Below are positions 49,701 through 58,300 of a DNA stretch of 64,000 nt, one piece after another (position 1 is the stretch's first letter; the number at the start of each line of letters is the position of its first letter). Source of the DNA: a virus (taxonomy: Duplodnaviria > Caudoviricetes); the IMG/VR virus record IMGVR_UViG_3300010429_000387, positions 192,001 to 256,000 of that record; one strand, 5' to 3'. Position numbers and translations under genes: made by a program. The notes under the pieces are model-generated. The model saw only the letters and a program-made list of their open reading frames with translations. It was not told the DNA's origin and searched no databases.

Positions 49701-52700
49701 AGCCATCATCGTTTATCAGAACTTCGACACTAGGGCGGCAGCGAGTCGGGCCTGGATCCCGAACTTCGACAACGGGAAGGACACCAACTACCTGGACAAC
49801 GCTGGGGTCCCAGGAAAGTCCCCGTACCCGGTAAGAGTTCATCTCTCGACCAGTTTCGTCATTGTCTCGCACAAGAACCTGACTGAGGGTTTTACTGGTG
49901 ACTATACCTATCAGGCGGTCATCGCCCCTTCTATGACCGAGGGGTACGAGAGTAGTGTCTCGATGACTGTCTCGACCGCTGACGGGTATCAGAGCACCTA
50001 TCCGTCCAACCTGGGTGAGCTGCGTAGATCCAATGACTTGGAGTTGATTCGCAGGTCTCTCGGAAGCCGAGACCCGTTGGATGTGTACCCCAACACTCAG
50101 GGGAATACCAATCACCCCTATGATGATGTCTCCCTCAGGAACTACTCGATGCCGATCAAGGGTGGTGTCGTGCCATCCTTCATTCCGGGGGTTACCTGGA
50201 ACGGGTCTGATTGGGTCATTGTCAGCCCGACGGTGGACCTCATTCGGTCTGACACGGGTACGCTTTTCGTTCAGAGCGGCACAACCCAGTATCTCTACGA
50301 TGCCACCTTCCTCTTCTCAACTGATACGGCAGACCCCCAAGGAAGGACCTACCGGAAGACTATCTCAGTGGGTGACCTACTGTACTTCCCGGCCTACGGG
50401 GTGTACCGGACGGTAAACGACAGCTACAGCGAGCACGTTGTGGCCCTCGATTCCCTCATTGGTGCCGGAACCTTCGCAAACAACGTAGAGTGGGTGCTGG
50501 TGCAACAGGGGGCTGGGTACGAGACCCAGCAGTCCAATGAGTGCCGTCCAAAGTGCCCTGGATTCAGGGTTGGGCTTGACGGGGAGATCATCGTCAGCTC
50601 GTCCTACACTACGTTTGCTGATGAGATCAACATCTATGGGTACGAGAAGCCCAAGCAGGAGGTCCTAAGCCGGAACCTCTTTGGGAACACTCTATTCAAC
50701 AAGATTCAGGTGAGGGTGGTGGCGAACACCAACGTGCCCAACCTCACTGGACTTGGAGTTACTATTGACGGAGTGGCCCTAAAAACCCCAGGGGACAAGG
50801 TCCTCCTTGCGGCTCAGTCAGTGGGTGCGATCAATGGGGTCTACATTGTCTCTGAGCACGATTGGGTTAGGGCCACTGAGTTCGCTGGTGGTTCCCATGT
50901 AGCTGGGACTCACATCTACGTAACAGAGGGTGATACCCTCTACAATAGAACCTGGACGGTTACCAACACAGCCCCAAATGATGTGGTCGGAACCGATGTG
51001 CTGACCTTCTCCTCTGCTGTTGGCGACCTTTACACCTATGCTGACTCCAAGTACGGTCAGAAGGGGATGGTCTGGAACGACCTGATTGAGGGTTCTCGTC
51101 TTGAGGCTGACCTCGGCTTCCGTGGTGTTGTCGTGGGGGCTCCTAGGAGGACTGGAAGTGGGATCCTCCACCCCACTGAGCAGAGTCATGTTGCAATCGC
51201 CTGGGGCGACAACATGTACGGGTTCCTGGACCGTGAGCGAGTTGACGGGCAGAATGTAAGGGTTCGATCCTTCCGGCAGAGCTTCGGACCCTACAACAGT
51301 GAGATCAAGAACCTCACTGTTCGTTCGGACATTGACACTGGGGACATGACTCTACTGAGTCGCAACCATGTGTACACACGTCATGGTGGGTCTGGGTGCC
51401 CCAACCCGTTCTTTGCGACGGACGGTTATCGGAACGTGTTTCTTCACATCGGGGTCTGGTCCTACGGGCAGTCTTGGGGTGAGAACAAGGTCCTGAATCC
51501 CCCAGTCTTGACCAACCACGACCCAAGGACGGTTGCTGGTTACAACACTAGCCTCTGTGCAGTCTTCACGGACATCACCGGGAAGTACACCCTCAGGAAG
51601 AGGCTCATTACCTTCCCGAACATCAGTAGACTTCAGCCCCCTGTCGTCTACGATGAGAATGATTCTGACTACAAGACCGGGATACCCGAGTGGCAAAGGG
51701 ATTACCTGATCGGGTCACTTCCTCAGGACATCCTCCTTGCCAAGTACCCAAGTAAGCGAAAGCCCACCTATGGTGCTCGGGCAATCTGGACCGGCTCAAC
51801 ATTCCTAGGACTCCTTGTGGTTCCTCGGGGCCTACTCCTTTTCGACCTTGGTTCCAGTGAAGAGGATGAGTTCCTCGACGAGGCAGTTGTGGGTGGGTTC
51901 GTTGTTCGAGACACCTCTACCTACAAGCAGTTCGAGCTTCCTAAGATCAAGGCTTTTGCCTACATCGGGAATGGCGGGGGGACACCCCCAGGGCCGAAGA
52001 CAAACGTCGAACGATTCCTCAACGAGTGTGTCGGGGACACCAGGTCTCTTGAGATCGTTGATGTCGTTCAGGTTGATACCTGCTGGGCAGAGGATACCCT
52101 GGCAGTGGTTTGGCTCGCAGGGTTGAACGGTTCTACCCTCAATGATAAGTGGGGGAACCCATCAGCAGAGGTGACCCTCCAGGAATTGGGCCGTCCTCTG
52201 CTCGGAGTAACCTTGTTCCGTAGGGGTCAGGGTGGGACTATTGCCGCCAAACAAGGGAGGTACAACTCGGCCTTCAACTGTACCTCGTACATCATTGACA
52301 CTACTCCGGTAAGCCCCTCCGACAACAGTCCGCTCCGAAACGGGAACATTCGTGACCCGAAGATCACTTGGAATGGTGATGGGTTCACGGTCACCTATCT
52401 CTTCAAGATGGAGGACGCTGGGGTATCTACCGCCTTGGAGCTGAAGACCTTCACCTTCCCGAAAGAAGGTCTCAAGTCGAACTTCCAGATTGTTTCTGCC
52501 TTTGGCCCAATGAACAGGGAGTCCCCACGGGGGTACTTCTCGGACCAGGCAATCGGAGGGATTACCAGTACAGGGAAGCTCCAGACCCGGCAACCGGTAC
52601 GAGCCGGGGACATCATCCTCATCACCAGAACGTCCAGGTACATCTCTGTTGGAGACACCATTGATGTTCTAAATCAGAGGAACAACAACAGTGCTGGTGA

Positions 52701-54642
52701 TAGTAACCTCGCAGGTGCCTACACTGTAGTACACTTTGATTCTGGAACCGGTGAGGCCGACCTTGGCGTCGATCTGAGGCGTCATGGTGTGCAGGTTGAC
52801 GCAGGGTGCGATGTTTATGGCATGGTTCTCTCCGGAGACGGGATTAGTCCTAGTGCCATGGACGCCAAGAGTGTGGACTACTCGACCAGTTCTGGAACGG
52901 TTCGGGAGGGTTCCATCCTCAAGACGGCCCACTCCATCCCTGGGATTTTCTACAACAATGCGTTCACGGACCTGTGGGGCAGCTTCTACGTAGAGAGCCA
53001 GGACAAGTTCGTTTTGTTCTACAACCGTGGCACACGTCTCGGGGTCACTTCCTTCAATAGGGATGGTATCCGCACGGCGGAGGTCAAGCTCTCCTCCAGT
53101 GGACCAAACCCAGACTTGTTCCTGAGCTTCTCGGTTGGTTGGAATGGGACCTACTTCCTGGTTGTAGGGGTGAGCGACACCAACATCGCTTACTGGGCTG
53201 TGTCTCCCGACCTTGGGGTGATGAGTCGAGGGTACCTCGTGAACTCGATCAACAACCTGATCGGGAACAGTGATCGGTCGTACATCCCTGGGCCTGGGTA
53301 TGGTGCAGTGTCCACAAGCTACCAGCCCACTTATGCCTTCCGGGCAGCCTCAGTCGTTTGGAACGACAAGCTCTGCAAGTGGCAGGTGGCAGCCTCCGTT
53401 GGGTGGTGGGAGGAGGCTACAGACCGGAGCAAGTACGGATCCTTGGAGGTAGCCCATAGGTCTGCTTCTACCATCTCAACCTATTCCGGGAACTCACTCA
53501 CTTTGAGTGCGTCAACCTCGTATCGTCAGCCTGGGGTGAGGATCCTAGCAACACGCTATTCCACCGTACACACGGTGAACTCCACCGATACGTTGGTGGA
53601 CACTTCCCCTCCAACGTTTGGTCAGCACTCACTTTCAGTTGGACCCAGCCTTAATGTCACAACTGATGACACGAATACAAAAACCACTGCAAGCATGACC
53701 CCGGCTTCAACGTCGGTTACAGTTGCAGACATAAGCCTACTTCCGAGTCCGACCTATTATGTGAGGTTCGGATCTGAGATTGCGCTGGTTACCGGTCACT
53801 CTGGAAGTACCCTCTACTTGGAACGTGCCCAAAAAGGCACGATTGCAGGAAGCTACTCAGCTAACTACACTGTCCGAGTAGAGCCCTTGTACAGTGGTAA
53901 CAAGGGCTACTTGGGTGGATCCACCCTGGCCTCTGTTCCTTCGAGCCTACTCTCCACTGCTGCTGGGGACTTGGTGCGGATGGCTGGGGTGGACAACTCT
54001 GACATCATGATGACCCATGCGGCCAGCGATGGGTACCGGTACCTCTGGCCTGGACGAGGGAACATCGACTACATTGAGCTAGAGGGGGCCTTGTATCCTC
54101 TGGACTTCCAGAACAAGGCAAGCTACCCAGGTGCCTCTGGGATCTACGTTGATCGGGTATGCAAGGAGTTTGTGTTCCACACCCTCCAGACACCCTCTGG
54201 GTCTTCTCTGGTTGTCAACCCTTCTGTGTCGGAGTTGACCAACACACCCAACACTTGGGCCAATCACGTCCTGTACTCGATACCACGGGAGGATGTGTTC
54301 CTCTTCACTCTCGGGGACTGGAACCCATTGGTTCAGCTTGAGGATGCTGATGGCGTCAACATCGAGGGTGTCCAGTTCCAAGGTGGAAACTCCGATGTGA
54401 GCGAGTTCTACCCAAGGATGTCTCGACCCTTCTGGAAGACTGGTGGGGTTCCTTACGGCATGACCTCAACGACCTTGGCTGGGGCCAAGATGGGACAGAA
54501 GCCGCACGTCGCACCTGTTACCCCGACCCCACTCGGAAAAGTCGAGGTTCTCCGATTCACCAATGTGAAGTCGAAGTCGAGAGGTAGGTACGGGTACAAC
54601 CCAACCGAGGCGGCCACAACCAAAGGCAAGAAGGGAGCCTGA
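46771..54642 (+). CDS. Giant (2623 aa) tailspike/fibre-like protein (beta-helix cap, propeller-like repeats, fibre modules)
   Basis: VHLRRGVY...IFIPPGVTLEGEGYGTVL (pectin-lyase-like beta-helix start); repeated (I/V)xWNGxxFxV blades; TIDGVALKTPGDKVLLAAQ...NGVYIV fibre module. Confidence 0.6.
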   Translation: MATSHTSTGATYSNLTRRELEQLRKADFFAGGKALTVGDESNAGSINDERFYSGPAVFLDDVWAIRPPTTPVPFLLSSTQPSSFVAESVRWYGPKFITSGSTGIAIGTLELQDSSIDTDFSLVQSGDLLLIKSRLDGSDGNANATGVISYVGNTPGSWPIYSLVLSSVQAPNNSPTTALEVSAEPYSYAVVRQGAVQLFAVPGSGPLGREQTFLAVSPDSLLHTISAPTLDQINIDRVTDLVSPSFSGGEAIDRADAIYQPPAGPGSSLDLVGYRPIIYRSLPDGSGPDWNAPLPKNPRIDGTIPDADQRMTIDYKAGVFRFSTPPLAGNDVKPTGGNGGVNTTTGRLQLWAVYWAADKTLTKGSASSVYVSRSNQNKYQTPARVRLELSSDANGFNPGALLLGTTSQGNDFYVRALDAEASGWGSSPNEDITPKVDFGASNAVLWSSGDPFRGFRIRQDGKIRMIQYPGYDYPFETRIEEKTKITVGGMTHPSGDYNNSHDGSAASSGLPNTYIPLQNALLEAFQQGQYSTVHLRRGVYRNTADHIFIPPGVTLEGEGYGTVLDLNSCSLKIGPNNRYGTYDPTTVDVNGTPYIPISGYEFPESFKVEGYCIVWNSARRVWGTFVADATSNSIWFNEIRLDGTRVLPGLGINVKNSAGKFFTLTSPNSSNLTSGHYPRAAHHPVLDEYVFTWTEEFSGSSGVGPRSYYDALTYRAQDTHQPVAQRYSIRYGSPRVISPYGFQQYTVHPSIAVGDIQSYNSYSIAIGCWGYNDLAFSNTAALQIIYDSVSGLTTYGTSSYNAGTITSSTDVSLVRRRSAGGVQCDFIWCWSERLHAIITGTTGYFSGGGYLSDSAYPNWSTAGVRDGDRFLLLHQTAGADNYKGRTGIVRSVSGSALYPQFEGAEGDQAEVFNSGSSLRYAIFPVSRVYCRAGTSENQIYASVKVAGPDSPVPSSTRFHFQEREPDFVRISGSSKDRAIIVYQNFDTRAAASRAWIPNFDNGKDTNYLDNAGVPGKSPYPVRVHLSTSFVIVSHKNLTEGFTGDYTYQAVIAPSMTEGYESSVSMTVSTADGYQSTYPSNLGELRRSNDLELIRRSLGSRDPLDVYPNTQGNTNHPYDDVSLRNYSMPIKGGVVPSFIPGVTWNGSDWVIVSPTVDLIRSDTGTLFVQSGTTQYLYDATFLFSTDTADPQGRTYRKTISVGDLLYFPAYGVYRTVNDSYSEHVVALDSLIGAGTFANNVEWVLVQQGAGYETQQSNECRPKCPGFRVGLDGEIIVSSSYTTFADEINIYGYEKPKQEVLSRNLFGNTLFNKIQVRVVANTNVPNLTGLGVTIDGVALKTPGDKVLLAAQSVGAINGVYIVSEHDWVRATEFAGGSHVAGTHIYVTEGDTLYNRTWTVTNTAPNDVVGTDVLTFSSAVGDLYTYADSKYGQKGMVWNDLIEGSRLEADLGFRGVVVGAPRRTGSGILHPTEQSHVAIAWGDNMYGFLDRERVDGQNVRVRSFRQSFGPYNSEIKNLTVRSDIDTGDMTLLSRNHVYTRHGGSGCPNPFFATDGYRNVFLHIGVWSYGQSWGENKVLNPPVLTNHDPRTVAGYNTSLCAVFTDITGKYTLRKRLITFPNISRLQPPVVYDENDSDYKTGIPEWQRDYLIGSLPQDILLAKYPSKRKPTYGARAIWTGSTFLGLLVVPRGLLLFDLGSSEEDEFLDEAVVGGFVVRDTSTYKQFELPKIKAFAYIGNGGGTPPGPKTNVERFLNECVGDTRSLEIVDVVQVDTCWAEDTLAVVWLAGLNGSTLNDKWGNPSAEVTLQELGRPLLGVTLFRRGQGGTIAAKQGRYNSAFNCTSYIIDTTPVSPSDNSPLRNGNIRDPKITWNGDGFTVTYLFKMEDAGVSTALELKTFTFPKEGLKSNFQIVSAFGPMNRESPRGYFSDQAIGGITSTGKLQTRQPVRAGDIILITRTSRYISVGDTIDVLNQRNNNSAGDSNLAGAYTVVHFDSGTGEADLGVDLRRHGVQVDAGCDVYGMVLSGDGISPSAMDAKSVDYSTSSGTVREGSILKTAHSIPGIFYNNAFTDLWGSFYVESQDKFVLFYNRGTRLGVTSFNRDGIRTAEVKLSSSGPNPDLFLSFSVGWNGTYFLVVGVSDTNIAYWAVSPDLGVMSRGYLVNSINNLIGNSDRSYIPGPGYGAVSTSYQPTYAFRAASVVWNDKLCKWQVAASVGWWEEATDRSKYGSLEVAHRSASTISTYSGNSLTLSASTSYRQPGVRILATRYSTVHTVNSTDTLVDTSPPTFGQHSLSVGPSLNVTTDDTNTKTTASMTPASTSVTVADISLLPSPTYYVRFGSEIALVTGHSGSTLYLERAQKGTIAGSYSANYTVRVEPLYSGNKGYLGGSTLASVPSSLLSTAAGDLVRMAGVDNSDIMMTHAASDGYRYLWPGRGNIDYIELEGALYPLDFQNKASYPGASGIYVDRVCKEFVFHTLQTPSGSSLVVNPSVSELTNTPNTWANHVLYSIPREDVFLFTLGDWNPLVQLEDADGVNIEGVQFQGGNSDVSEFYPRMSRPFWKTGGVPYGMTSTTLAGAKMGQKPHVAPVTPTPLGKVEVLRFTNVKSKSRGRYGYNPTEAATTKGKKGA

Positions 54643-54645
54643 TCC

Positions 54646-55305
54646 GTGAGCACGCACTACCTGGTTGACCTGTTCAACGACGACATCAACGATGTGGTGA
54701 CCCCACAGAATATCCCACCATCTACGGTCATCACTGGGAACTATGTGGTTCGAGTGGCGGATGACGTGGCAGTTCGGAACCCGATTGACCTGTCAGACCT
54801 TCTCAACAAGAAGTATCAGGCCATTCTGGGCACCCACGGGTTGTTCACTCAAGTCACCTATGACCCGATGTTTGACCCAGACAACGTCAACCTCTCTAGC
54901 AGTAGGGGTATCTTCACCGGCCTGAAGGGTCATGTTGGGTTGTATCCCGTGGACATGACCAACCCGGCTCCGATTCTTCAGACAGACCCCTATGGGATTA
55001 CCTGGGGAGGACCTGGGGCAGGTCCCTCACAGGCCCTTGTTACCTATGAGGTTTTCGCCTACGTGGACGAGGACCCAGCGGATGCCGCTTTTCAGCGACA
55101 CTACCAGGAACTCCCCCCAGATACCGATGTGATGGTGGAGGTCAGCTTCGATGGTGGAGCTACATTCCTACCTGTTCAAGACAAGGCACTCGTGTCCATC
55201 CCGATTTCGTCGAGGGGGACTCAGCTACTACTCAAGTTCACTAGGACTTCCTATGTGGATTCGGTGGCTAAGGTGCTCATTGGATCTTGGGCGGTTCTCT
55301 ACTGA
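54646..55305 (+). CDS. Hypothetical virion protein
   Basis: GTG start 3 nt after the previous stop (SD GGGAG). EVSFDGGATF Asp-box-like motif. Confidence 0.55.
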   Translation: MSTHYLVDLFNDDINDVVTPQNIPPSTVITGNYVVRVADDVAVRNPIDLSDLLNKKYQAILGTHGLFTQVTYDPMFDPDNVNLSSSRGIFTGLKGHVGLYPVDMTNPAPILQTDPYGITWGGPGAGPSQALVTYEVFAYVDEDPADAAFQRHYQELPPDTDVMVEVSFDGGATFLPVQDKALVSIPISSRGTQLLLKFTRTSYVDSVAKVLIGSWAVLY

Positions 55306-55348
55306 TGCCCTGGACCTGACCAAGAACGGATGAAATCGGAGAAGCCCA

Positions 55349-58300
55349 ATGGCGGATAACTTCGGAATTGGCGTTAGCCGGGTCCTGGATCCTAAGAACT
55401 CTGCGTACCTGGAGGTCGTCTGGCAGCAGGGCAAGCCCCCGCTGGACTCGGAGTTGAACCTCATCCAGCAGCTTGAGAACGACTGGAGGCAGCAGCTTGT
55501 TCTCCGGGGGACCCCTTCAGGGTGGCTGGGCAACGATACCAACCCCTCGAAGGACTACGTCACCAGCTCAAGCTGGTCGAACTGGTTCCAGTTCGGTCGT
55601 CAGCGCTCGGGCGAGAAGAAGTCCATCATGTGGGCGGTGGTCAACGGGTGGCTCGTTCCGGTTGCCGGGACGAAGACCGGAACCCCTCCTGGCGCCCCCA
55701 ACAACACGGATGTGTGGAACAAGATCACGCTGGACCCCCCTCCGTCCAACAGCGGGGACTTCCGGTCGGACTTCGTGTTCCTTGAGGTCTGGAAGGCCCG
55801 TGTACCGCCCGGACCATCCAGCCTGAACAAGCCCAGCTCCTCGGCCGTCTACCGCTACGGAAACGTCGAGGGAGGCGCCAGCTACCTTCCTGACGACATC
55901 CAGGACCCAGCCATCGGGTTCGAGACCTCTCAGCGAACCCAGCTCCAGTACCGGATCCGGGTCATCAAGGGGCTCATCGGCCTGGCGAACTACCCCGACG
56001 GCTTCGACGCTACGGCAGTCAAGGCCCAGGGGACCATGGCTACCCCTCCTTCCACTGGGGGCTATCCCTTCGTCAACATGCAGGAGGAACTGGGAGACCC
56101 CGGCCTCTGGCGTGCTGGGGATGGGACGGTCAACGACCTCGGGACGGTTGATGGCTACGTTTATGCTATCCCTCTGTGCGTCGTCTTCCGTAGGAACGGT
56201 GTGGCTTGGGCGGGGGACCCCTCTCAGAACCTCAACGGAGGTCTGAATCGGAATCCTACCGCCATCGACCGAACTGGGGCCAAGACCTTCGCCCCCTTGC
56301 CAGTCCTTGCCACGGCCATCACGGACACGGCTTCTTCGATCACCGTGGTCTCAGCAGCGGACATCCCTCTCCCTGCCAACCCGGCCTCATCCGTCCTCAT
56401 CCAGATTGGGGAGGAGATTCTCTCCTACAACACCATCTCTGGGAACACCATCGGTGGAGTCGTCCGGGCCAAGAACGGAACCGTTGCCGAGGCTCACCCG
56501 GCAGGGTCCGTGGTCAAGGTGCTCTCAGGACGCCCTGACGGCCTCTTCTCAGATCAGGTGGCCCTGACGGACATCCTTGACCTTCGGCACGTTGTCACGC
56601 CCAATGGGGTGGACTACAGGGCCACTCTTCAGTCGAACCTCGACAAGCTCCTCAAGGGGCAACTCCGAGCCAACTGGAAGAGGTCCGGGAGCGGTACCCA
56701 GGGAACTTTCGTTCTGTATGAGGACAAGATCAGTGCCACCCCAGCAGGCTTGGGGATCACCAAGATCGATGCTCCTGACCGGATCAGGATGATCTACTCG
56801 GATGCGTCTGCCCAACAGCCTGTCGAGATCATCTGCACACCCTACACAGGGGTGGTGGTCAGCGGGTCTCAGCCAGTGGCCTCCAACTGGTCCCTGAACG
56901 TCATCAGTGCCACGACCACTCGTCAAGCACTGGGGGACAACTGGTCAGCAGATACTTCAGAACCAGCGGATAACACCGATCCAACTGGTAGGTCTGGAGA
57001 TCGGATTCGCATCCCAGTCGCCCCCTTCAAGAACACGACTCCTGGGGCAGATGCAGACCAGGTTCGTTTGCTCAACGAGGTCCCCCTCTCCAGCTCAACA
57101 GGGGTCTCAACCGTAGGCACTTCTTTCTCTGACCCAGGTATTGCCGACTTCATCGCATCTGGGGTGGAGCCGGGGGATTCCCTGGTGATCTACTACGGGG
57201 CTGCGAAGGGCACCTACGAGATCAAGGCAGTTGCAGCAGGAACCATCACCGTTGATCGTACAATCCCAGCGACCGCTGGGTGCTACTATGAGGTTCGCAA
57301 GGGTCGTGGGTCGGTTCAGATCCGGATTGACGGGTCTTCTGTTCCTCTTCCCCAGCACCGGTTCATCGTTCAACCCTACAATGCCACGTCCACCTCTGAC
57401 CTGACCCTCCAGTTCGTTGGGTCAGGAGCACCCTTCCCGATTGCGAAGAGCGAGAACCCCAATATCTACGTCACTGTCAACGTTCAGTATGGCGGGGGGC
57501 GTGGACTCTCAAGGCGTCCAGACTCGATCCACAACTTGGCGCTCTACAACCCCTATGCAGAGCTGATGATTCAGCCCTCTGGGGTCCCTCAGACCAACTT
57601 CCCGCTGAGAACTGCCTGGGCGATGCTCTGGTCCAAGTACCGGAACCAGCCCTACAAGAATCTCATCCCAGTGACGGCTGAAGCCTATGCTGACCTGGGG
57701 TCGAAGACAGTCATCCTGACCCCATTCCAGAGGATGGGCTTCCCAGCCACCTCTTCCCCAGTCAATGGGGCAGGCGAGAATACCTACGGTTCTGTCTTTC
57801 CAATTACCGGGACAAGAACTGCTACCCTATCGGGGTCTACGCTGACTGACTCCGGAGCTACGTTCACCGGACTTGGTCTTCTCCTAGAGAGTGATGTGAT
57901 CGAGATCACATCTGGCCCTGCGATGGGGATCTACGTGATCAAGGCCCTGGGGGTTGACGACAATCATCAGCTTGAGACCTACCAAGACTTTCCTTCTGTT
58001 TCTGGGACTGTTGAGTACGTCATCCGTCACGCCCAGGGTCTCATGCCCTTGAAGAAGGTGGACGGGGTGACCTCCAAGTGGGCGACTACCGATCCACTAG
58101 GTCACTTCTCAGGCTCTACTCAGTCAGAGGCAAATCTCAAGAACTTCTGTGTCACCCTCCCAAGGCACCTGGTCCCAGGATGGGGTGCGGTCTACCTCCC
58201 CATTCTCCCTGCCAATGGGACTGTGTTCCATCGTGGTATCAACTTCATGCTTCAGTCGCATGAGGGTGGCCCCACGGAGGTTACGGACTCTGACCACAAC

